A stretch of 43,112 nt of DNA from Nemertoderma westbladi (Eukaryota; Animalia; Xenacoelomorpha). The stretch is from the NCBI GenBank assembly GCA_032718475.1, contig JAUCBJ010006740.1, forward strand, positions 1 to 43,112, given 5' to 3'. Below are positions 33,831-43,112 of this stretch, piece after piece (within the stretch, counting starts at the first letter, position 1; every line of letters begins with the position of its first letter). The notes under the pieces are model-generated. The model was not told the DNA's origin and did not search any database. It worked only from the letters and a program-made list of their open reading frames with translations. The translations under genes and the position numbers were made by a program.

Positions 33831-33984
33831 ACCCCTTGTTCAACTGTTTCCAGCCCAACAATTTTTTCGCGCACAACCCTATTACACTCTCCTGAGGAAT
33901 AATCAAAGTTCTATCCTAATGCAGTGTGTGAGGTACCTGTGGTGGTAATCCAACCAAATGGAACCACCATGTAACCAAATATCA

Positions 33985-34120
33985 ATCCCATCCCAATCCC
34001 AATCCAAATCCAAATCCCAACCCAACCCAGTCCAACCCAACGCAACCCAACCCAACCCAACACATCCCATCCCAACCCATCTCAACCCAACCTAACACAT
34101 CCCATCCCATCCCATCCAAT
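33985..34120. repeat. Degenerate (CCCAA/CCCAT)n microsatellite
   Basis: Visible pentamer/hexamer run. Confidence 0.85.
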
Positions 34121-34257
34121 CGCCTCTCTGTTAAATAATGCATTTATTTATCTTTATCTACCTTATTCCGACGCCATAGTATGCCGAATAAATCTGGTAC
34201 ATCGAGATGAAGCTCTTACATCATACTAAATATTATGGATTTTATTTGATCCCTTAG

Positions 34258-37200
34258 GATGATGGCGGTTGTGGATGCCAGCGGTACAGTGGACTCAGCC
34301 GCGCAGTTTATGTTGTCTACGGATGACGGGAAGTTGTACCTCGCCCAAGCCTTCGACAGGGAAGAGACAAATAAACACCAGTTTAAGTTAACGACTAGAC
34401 TGTACGATGACAATGATGATACGTCTTCTTTCGTTGATTTCAAAATCGACATCCATGTCAGTGATGTTAACGACAACAGACCTGTGTTTGAACAGTACAG
34501 GTGAGTTTAGATAGGGACAGTTTTAGCGATCTTATTTTTTCTTATTAGCGATTTTATGCGTTTTAATTTCAGGTTAAGTTAAAATTGTACGGTGGCCCAG
34601 AACGGCCAAGAAACTTTTTAAATGTGAAAGTGTACTTTTCAGTGCCAAAGTGTTCTTTTCAGTGTGAAAATCATCTTTTCATTGTGAAAGTGTAAATTTG
34701 AAAGTGCGAAAGTGTAAATTTGAAAGTGCGAAAGTGTAAATTTGAAAGTGAGAAAGTGTAAATTTGAAAGTGCGAAAGTGTAAATTTGAAAGTGCGAAAG
34801 TGTAAATTTGAAAGTGCGAAAGTGTAAATTTGAAAGTGCGAAAGTGTAAATTTGAAAGTGCGAAAGTGTAAATTTGAAAGTGCGAAAGTGTAAATTTGAA
34901 AGTGCGAAAGTGTAAATTTGAAAGTGCGAAAGTGTAAATTTGAAAGCGAGAAAGTGTTAATTTGAAAGCTAGAAACATGGTGGGATTTTTAAATTTAAAC
35001 TGCTGGACTAGTGATCGACCATGCCCTGTCTGACTGTTGTGCTGTTCGGTAAATCGACTGCTGCAGTACTGGACTAAGCTGCTCCAGCTATCCCCGCTGG
35101 CGCTGGTATGTATACAGGTATCAGTATTTGCTTTGTCATATCATCATGTAGTCTGCTGGCCTTTGGCCCTGCGCCCTGGGCGCACTGTGTGGTGCAGTCA
35201 GTCTGTCAGAGCTGTGGCAGCAGAAACGTTCTTTAGCATAACAACGGTACTGTCAGACTGTACTGTTATGTATGTACTTTCGCACTTTCGAATTTACACT
35301 TTCAAATTTACACTTTCGCACTTTCGAATTTACACTTTCTCACTTTCAAATTTACACTTTCTCACTTTCAAATTTACACTTTCGCACTTTCAAATTTACA
35401 CTTTCGCACTTTCAAATTTACACTTTCGCACTTTCAAATTTACACTTTCGCACTTTCAAATTTACACTTTCAAATTTACACTTTCAAATTTACACTTTCA
35501 AATTTACACTTTCGCACTTTCAAATTTACACTTTCGCACTTTCAAATTTACACTTTCAAATTTACACTTTCGCACTTTCAAATTTACACTTTTGAACTTT
35601 CAAATTTACACTTTCGCACATTCAGATTTACACTTTCACAATGAAAAGCTCATTTTCACACTGAAAAGATCATTTTCACACAGAAAAGATCATTTTCACA
35701 CTAAAAAGAACACTTTAGCACTGAAAAGGACACTTAGACATTTAAAAAGTTGCTTGGCCGTTCTGGGCCACCGTAAAATTGAGAATATATCTCAATATCG
35801 TATATGTGTTTAACATCTATAGATTGTATAAATTATTAAGTAATTAAACAGAACTTAGGATGATCCAACTCTATAGCAAATGAAGCCGAAAAAGTAAATT
35901 CGCCACCAGCGGGGATCGAACCCGCGTCTCCCGATAAACGTCCAGGTATGCTGACCACTACACCACGGAGGCTCCTGCATCTTTTCGATTGATTTGCTAT
36001 AGGTGGTAAGCTACCTTACGGTTGCTATTGAATACAGTCCTCCTTACGGATGGATTTAATCTGTACCCTAATACAGTATCAGTTATTACCTGTACTGCAA
36101 ACGAATGTTATTGTTACATCAATTGTATTTGTGTTTGGTTTGCATTTATTTTTTTCCAGATATATGGCTAAAATCGATGAGAACGGTCTTTCCTCCGTCT
36201 ATGTTGGCAACGATATAAACACCGGGAGACAGACCGTAAAAGCCACTGACATAGACGAAGTAGGGAACCCTAACTCCCAGATCGTCTACAGTATTATTGG
36301 CGGAAATAACAATAATTATTGGTCGGTTAGTGTTACTGTAACAATCCAATTTCGATTTTCATTTTTTGTTTACTTTTCGCATCTTTTTCCACATTATTTT
36401 TCGCTCCATTTTTGCACATAATGTAAAGTTTATTTTTCAGTTGGTTCGTTCGGTTGGTCAGGAATTTGAACATAATATGTCAATTTCGATGGTTCTGTAG
36501 TGTAAACTGCGTCGCAGTGGTGCTTAAAATCAGAGTCTGAAATTTGACGAAGAAATTCAAGGGGGGGGGGGGGGGGGGGTTAATTTGCTAAGTAGAAGGT
36601 GGTATTTTTTCCTAGAAAATTTGGCCTGGTGTGCTTTTTTCTGTTTTCCTGTTAAACCGGAATTATTTGATATAAACTCAATAATGTATTTTATTTCCTC
36701 CAGAGAGAGTTGTAGGCCTATGTTTTCCTATAAAATCCTACTTTATTTAGCGGGATATAAATAATTATCTTATTAAGCACATTTATTAACACATTTTTTA
36801 CCATTTATGTTGGGTGTTTTTAGATTGACGAGAACAGTGGTAAACTTGTGGTTGAGGTTCCCATAGACAGAGAAGTGATGGCCAGTTCGGTAATCGTTGT
36901 TAAAGCCACTGATCAAGGGGTCGGCCCACTTTATGCAACTTGTATAGTTAATATACAAGTTAACGACCTCAATGACAATGCTCCTGAATTTATACCTTCG
37001 TAAGTAAATCTCTTACTGTAACTATTTTTATTCCAAAAATCGCTGATAGCTAGTTGATAGTTTGGTATGGGTATGATCAATATTACTTCCCTACTATTTC
37101 GATTGGGGACTGTCTGGTTTTCAACTATACTTCTTTCTAACGTCTCTGTTTCGAACAATGGATAATAATTAATTATAATATAATAATAATATGTTTCGGT

Positions 37201-40200
37201 ACCACGGACACTAAAACCCCAAATATCGTGATATGTTGATAATTGATGCCAATAGCTGCAAACTTTTCCTACATTGATACGTCAATAAATTTTTCTTACA
37301 TAAATTGGAAAAATTCTACCAAACATAAAGCCTTTTTTAATAATACAAAGTGTGTACCATCGAGAGTAATATAGTTTTATAATGTTTCAATTTTAGAGTA
37401 ATTTAACAATAATAGCTACTTGTAGATTCAAATAATTGTTGTATTTAGCCAATGGGAGATTAGTTTCGCTGAGGACACAACAGCTCCAGTGCGGGTCACC
37501 CCGGTAGCGGTGAGGGACCTGGACACGGACGCTACCAATGTCGGCTGGGAGTACACCAAAGTTAGCGAAGATCCCGCCGACAATCTGTTCACAGTGGACG
37601 CGAATACCGGCGAACTGAAAGCGACTACCAAACTCGATAGGGATATAGTTCGCATTGGTTACCCCAACGGGATTAACATGTGAGTTCAGTAATGGAAGAC
37701 TGTATTATTGAAAAGGAACAACATTTTATGATGACTCATGAGAACACATATTTTTTGATAAGGCTCTCTACTTACATAATGGTAGGTTGATTTTTAAATA
37801 AAGTTGGGGTCATTGTGCTCATTTTCATGGTATTTTTACTTCTACTTGTATAGCTGGCATGGACATGGAGTTTCGTGTTTGGAAGGCCTTTCCCTCTCTT
37901 CTCCAAGAGATCTGCTAATCTTTAATTAATTTATTATAGGCGTAAAGTTCTTGTAGAAGTTAAAGATAAGAACGCATTATCCCAGATGAGTAGTACAGGT
38001 ACCATATTGGTTCATGTTATTGACGACAACGACAACTGGCCCATCTGGAACCCAGACGTTTCCTCCCCAGCTACAATTAATATCGACGAATGCATTGAGT
38101 TGAATACAATGTTCTATGAGGTTGGTCTATGTCAATATAGAAATAATGATATTGGTGTGGGATTATTGTTATTTATTAGGCTGTCTAATAGATTTTCACA
38201 TTTTTCCCCTGACCTCGGTTTCGTTTTCATCTGTTCTGTTTTGAATTATAGAGTTTGTGCGAAATTGAATGTCATTTCCCAAAGGATACGGAAGGTAATT
38301 GACCGCTTCACACCAATCAAGGCAGTAGAGACAGGTCCTCCTATGGTAGCTGTTAAAGTAGCTGGCGAATCGCTGTTTCTGGTTATTTAATATATTTTTT
38401 TACTTGTTAACTGAAATACTGATTGATATTGGTTGTAACTGGGAATGTTGATTTTAGGGCGTCAAATCAACTATACTTAAATTTAGCTCTGCATATCCAA
38501 ATATTTAATTTTTAATTTTCTGTCAAGGTGACCGCCACGGACGCTGATTTAGGTCTCAATGCCAGAGTGACATATCGGCTCACCCAGAATGCGGGTGGAC
38601 TGTTCTTTATCGAGCCGAATCTCGGCTATCTCACGGCAGTTAAAGCGTTGGACAGGGACGCCGGTACCACTTCCCATGTTCTTAAGATCGAGGTAAATAC
38701 ATTGCGTGTATATACTGACGGCCAAAAGTACATCCTGACAAAAAGACGGACGGAAAAAAGTAACAAACGTTGAGACGGGCAAGGGGTCGAACGAGCTAAA
38801 TTACAGACGGAGAAGCGTACGGTCGGACTATAGTACTGACGAACGGGCAGACTAAGGTTCAGACTGCTAGACACGAGAATCAAGACACTTTAAAATACGT
38901 TGCATGCTGATGGTTGCAAGAATTATACTATGCATGGTTTATTACAAAATAGAAACATCACGAAATGGTTACTAAGGAGAACATAAACTACTTATGAAGC
39001 TTTTGTAATTTGATATTTAATAAATGTGTAATATTGTTTGATAACTAACTTATTTGACAGGCTTGCGACACCGCCAAAGTAAAGGCGTGTACTGATGGAG
39101 CTAGTGGGAGGCCGGCAGAGTTTCAGTTAACTATTAATCTCAATGACTGCAACGATAACTCCCCCATCTTACAGAACCTACCTTATAATACATTCAGTGT
39201 GTTTGAAGACGCCGTTAAAGGTTTGTACATTAAACTGTAGTTGTTAAGATAGGTGGGGGGGGGGGGGGCTTTCGACGCAATCAAAATTCGTCCCTCTGGG
39301 GAAAATCGACGCAAATAACAGCTGATTGCTCCCAGAAATGTTCAATTGACTTAGTTTAGTTTATTGTCTTAGTTAGAATAACGTGCCACTGTAACCTACT
39401 CCTTTCCCTAAATTGATAATTTAACATTAATTTACCGAGGTGGAATTGTGTCAAGACCCCCCCCCCCCCAAACCCCCCCCCTAACCCTAACCCCCCTAAC
39501 CCTAACCCCCCTCACCCTAACCCCTACCCCCTGTTCCTCTTCTCAGTTTGTTTGATAATGAAATTTGATATATAACGTTGACAATGTAAATTATCTTTCT
39601 GGATCCTCGACAAGAAAAAATAAAGAAAGAATTCATAAACTCATAAATTTTATTAATATTTATTCTAGTGGTAGAATCTCAGAAGGGTTTATTTCTTTTA
39701 AATTGTTAGTGTTAGTTACAGTCGAGTTAGATCAATGAATAAATTAATTAATTACTTTATTTTTTTTACTTATTTTACTTTATTAATTACTTATAGCCGC
39801 TAAAGTAAGTGTATATGCAAGGTTGCTGTTGATGAAGTTTCTACGTGAATTGAATAGGTTTATTTTATTAGTAGTTGGTAATCTTGCAAGTTTTACTAAC
39901 TTCCGTTGTTCCGTATTATTTTAGGTGTTATCATCGCGAACACTCAGACTAAGATTACAGCTACAGACCTAGATGACTCAGCCTCAGCATTCGGACAGAT
40001 TGAGTATTACTTAACCGAAGGCACCCCTAACCTAATCCCTTTCGTAATGGATGTCACTAATGGAGAAATACGAATCTCCGACAACAATCTGCTAGACAGA
40101 GAAAAGGTGATTCTTACGATTCTTAAAAGTATCCGTCAAATTAATGATCATTGTTTTCGTTGTTTTATTTTAGTTTTCTTATTCGATGTGATTGACTGCA

Positions 40201-42614
40201 TTGTACTGCGATATGAAATAGACCCCATACCGCGTGCTGCTCAAAGGCCACACAAAATCTATAATAGAATGCCATTATCAATAAGCCTAGGAGCCGCTAT
40301 TTGTGACGGAGCAAGTTTTCTTTGACGCCCGTGAGCAACAACTTAAACGAACCACCCACGCCAGAAAATAACCCGACAACAATGTAATTGGCAGTCATTG
40401 TACATTGAACGGTTACATGGCGTGGTTCATATGTTTACATCGCGATATCTGCTTTACTAAAGCGGGTAAATTATTTCCAGGTTGGAGTTTACAACCTAAA
40501 GATGGAGGCGCGTGATAAAGGGACTCCTCCTAGAACTGCGGCGGCCGCCGTTGTCATAACAATTAGCGACATTAACGACAACGACCCAACATTCGGGGAG
40601 AAGAGTTTCACAGCCAGTCTGTTGGAGAACCGGCCGCTGGGAGTTTCTGTGGTTCAAGTGGCCGCGACAGATGCGGACAAACCTGGAAACGTTAATTCGG
40701 AGGTGTGTGAATGTTAAACTGTAATAATAACGCTGTACGTATTGGCACAGTGTTCCTTATGTATAACATTATACAATTATATTATATATGATCACTTTAC
40801 AGCTCTAGAAGATTACATTACTAAGATAAATTGACCTTATAGTCGTCTTCATTGCAATGCAAACACAGGGGTTATAATTTCGGGTGATATATTTATTAAT
40901 TTGGATTGGCAGATAGTCACATAGGCCTAAAATATACCGATGACGTTAATAGTAACGAGTCACAATTTTTCATTTGATCCCAAATACTCTATACTAATTT
41001 CTGATCCTCGTATCTATATTCACACTCACTATGTTCGTTCTCGTAACAAATCTGAAAGAATTCTAGTTACTTAACTTTTCGGTTATATTTTTTAAGCTCG
41101 TTTACGAAATCGGCACTACCCTGGCGGACGCCGGGGGTGGGAAACAGGCGCCGGCGCTGTTCTATATCGACTCTACGGACGGGACCGTTAGAACACAAAA
41201 CAACGCGCTAGATTACGAAACCCTGGATTCAACCAAGGTAACATACACCACTAGGATGATGCAGGGCAGGCCGCATCTGCAACGCAATATACCCACTGCC
41301 ATATAACAGAATCCATCTAAATTAAAATATAAATTCATCTAAATTATCCCGATCAGTGTCTTCTACAGACATTTCATGAATGTCAATGTCTCAAACAAAA
41401 GTGAGGTTTTTTGAGTGCCTACACGTATTCAACACTATTCGCACACTATTCGCCTTTAAGGGTTTGTTTTCAATGTAGTGTTTCAATGTTTCAATTTTTA
41501 AACATTATCGATGTAAGTGCTAAAATGCGCTTACTGTTGAAAATCATAATATAAAACAAAATACAAACAAAAACATGTTTATTGTTACTTAATTTGTTTC
41601 TGTTATTTGTTAACTTTTGTGAAATATAAATTTCGGCGAGCTAAACTTAATATATTTTGCAATTCGTTATGAATTTAGACGATAATATTTGAAATTATTG
41701 CCAAAGACAAAGGCGTTGAGAAAGACCTAACAACACCGTTAATTAGGACGGGAACGACAACTCTAACTGTAAGGATAACAGACCAGAACGATAACTGCCC
41801 GATATTCCAACCCTCACTTAATTACGTGTAAGTAGTGAGTTTAGCCTATATTATATTCAATATGCCAGCCCTATTAATTAATTACTTGAATTAATTATTA
41901 ATTAATTATTACCTTAGTTCTGTAAGTTTAATACCTCCCAAATAACCGTAGGTTGTTTAAACATTATGTAAAGTTTCAAATTTTCAAATATCTACCAAAT
42001 ATATTAAACAAGGGGACAATTATACTGAGTTCTGAACTCTGTGATTGTTTAGGGAGTACATAGCGGCAGACATCCCTCCAACCGGGCCTGTTGTCACCGT
42101 GTTGGCCACGGATAAAGACAGCGCTGGTTACGGCACGGTTTACTACACAATGCCTCAGGCGTCTGTTGAGTTTCAGTTAGAAGGATTAACTGGCCATATA
42201 AAAGTCAGACCCAACGCCCAACTCGTCGCCAATCAGCAGGTAATTAGTTTCTACGATAACTTAGGCCTACACTAAACCGAAAGTAATTAATTTATCCGTA
42301 TTATATATATTTATTCTTTTTTATTTAAAATATAAATATAATTATTTGAAACCAGATTGCATTTTTGTTTTAATTTTATATATTTTAACAAAGATTGAAT
42401 GATCTTAGTAAATATGTTAAAAACATACTGTGAATGCGAACAGGAAAGGGGCATTTATGATATACCGGTAATTAACAATGTATGTTATTTTTTTTTTAGT
42501 ATTCCCTAAGAATAGAAGCGAGTGACGGTGGAAGTCCACCTTGCCCGAACAATCCGCCGGAATCACAAGGATCCGTTACAATAAACACATTCAAATCGAG
42601 CGATAAGCTTATAA
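34258..42614 (+). CDS. Cadherin-superfamily gene, 13 internal exons (~770 aa, ~7 EC repeats); start and end not in window
   Basis: AG/GT-bounded, phase-compatible exons: 34258-34500, 36160-36325, 36824-36999, 37449-37679, 37940-38120, 38528-38692, 39061-39220, 39925-40106, 40481-40702, 41097-41237, 41679-41827, 42053-42239, 42500-42614. Motifs DVNDN, DLNDN, DDNDN, DCNDN, DINDN, DQNDN, LDRE/LDYE and ATDxD. Confidence 0.93.
34588..35775. mobile_element. Non-autonomous DNA transposon (IS3EU-like termini) in a cadherin intron, with inverted 22-bp minisatellite arms
   Basis: TACGGTGGCCCAGAACGGCCAAG...CTTGGCCGTTCTGGGCCACCGTA; 6-bp TSD AAATTG (34582-34587, 35776-35781); (GAAAGTGCGAAAGTGTAAATTT)n at ~34686-34970 and its inverse at ~35276-35640. 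Confidence 0.88.
35901..35972 (-). ncRNA. tRNA-like Pol III unit (pseudo-tRNA or SINE-related), intronic and antisense
   Basis: GCCTCCGTGGTGTAGTGGTCAGCATACCTGGACGTTTATCGGGAGACGCGGGTTCGATCCCCGCTGGTGGCG folds as a cloverleaf with A and B boxes; T5 terminator 6 nt downstream; anticodon loop ACGTTTA lacks U33 and purine 37. Confidence 0.65.
39458..39531. repeat. C-rich tract with CCCTAA telomere-like units
   Basis: CCCTAACCCTAACCCCCCTAACCCTAACCCC in a cadherin intron. Confidence 0.7.
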
Positions 42615-43112
42615 GTAAGTTAATAAGCTTATAAGTAAGTAAGTTAATAAGCTTATAAGTAAGTTAATAAGCTTATAAGCAAGTTAATAAGCTTATAAGT
42701 AAGTTAATAAGCTTATAGGTAAGTCAATAAGCTTATAAGTAAGTTAATAGGCTTACAAGTAAGTTAATAAGCTTATACGTAAGTTAATAAGCTTATAAGT
42801 AAGTTAAAAAGCTTATAAGTAAGTTAATAAGCTTTTAAAAAGTTAAAAATCTTATAAGTAACTTAATAAGCTTATAAGTAAGTTAATAAGCTGTTAAGTA
42901 AGTTAATAAGCTTTTAAAAAGTTAAAAAGCTTATAAGTAAGTTAATAAGCTTATAAGTAAGTTAATAAGCTTATAAGTAAGTTAATAAGCTGATAAGTAA
43001 TTTAATAAGCTTATAAGTAAATTAATAAGCTAATAAGTAAGTTAATAAGCTTATAAGTAAGTTAATAAGCTTATAAGTAAGTTAATAAGCTTATAAGTAA
43101 GTTAATAAGCTT
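42603..43112 (+). repeat. 20-bp minisatellite (ATAAGCTTATAAGTAAGTTA)n, ~25 copies, running to window end
   Basis: Visible tandem array whose first unit spans the exon/intron junction at 42614/42615. Confidence 0.95.

Noticed and set aside
34679-35813. ORFs of 99, 258 and 107 aa with FKFTLSHFQIYT repeats
   Set aside because: Translations of the 22-bp minisatellite inside an intronic MITE.
35901-35972. Functional tRNA-Asn(GTT)
   Set aside because: Anticodon loop lacks U33 and purine 37, and the acceptor stem has a mismatch; treated as tRNA-like only.
39458-39531. True telomere or chromosome fusion site
   Set aside because: Only a few degenerate CCCTAA units inside an intron of a continuous gene.

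Overview
Animal (invertebrate-like) nuclear DNA: AT-rich, with GT-AG introns and densely nested transposons. Host genes are an intact intronless MFS transporter (4160-5545), a disrupted paralogue (28543-30103) and 13 internal exons of a long cadherin gene (34258-42614, +). The main mobile element is a young 11.65-kb BEL/Pao LTR retrotransposon (11141-22794, -; ~1.22-kb near-identical LTRs, 5-bp TSD ATCTG). Its single open 1345-aa ORF keeps Gag and protease but lacks RT, most of RNase H and integrase, so it looks like a non-autonomous element mobilised in trans. It sits inside a Tc1/mariner-type foldback MITE, which in turn sits at the end of a small TSD-flanked GC-rich element. The window opens in the 3' end of a related LTR element (1-2474, +) with an intact extra ORF in the env position, encoding three CCHC-like knuckles and a basic tail. 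The two relatives share a highly similar ~220-bp 3' module although their LTRs are diverged. Also present: a 5'-truncated LINE with an HADD RT motif, a frameshifted RTE LINE and a fragment of it, an IS3EU-like MITE, tRNA-derived elements, a 92-bp satellite, and a 20-bp minisatellite that multiplies a cadherin splice donor. All calls were made by eye, with no database searches.
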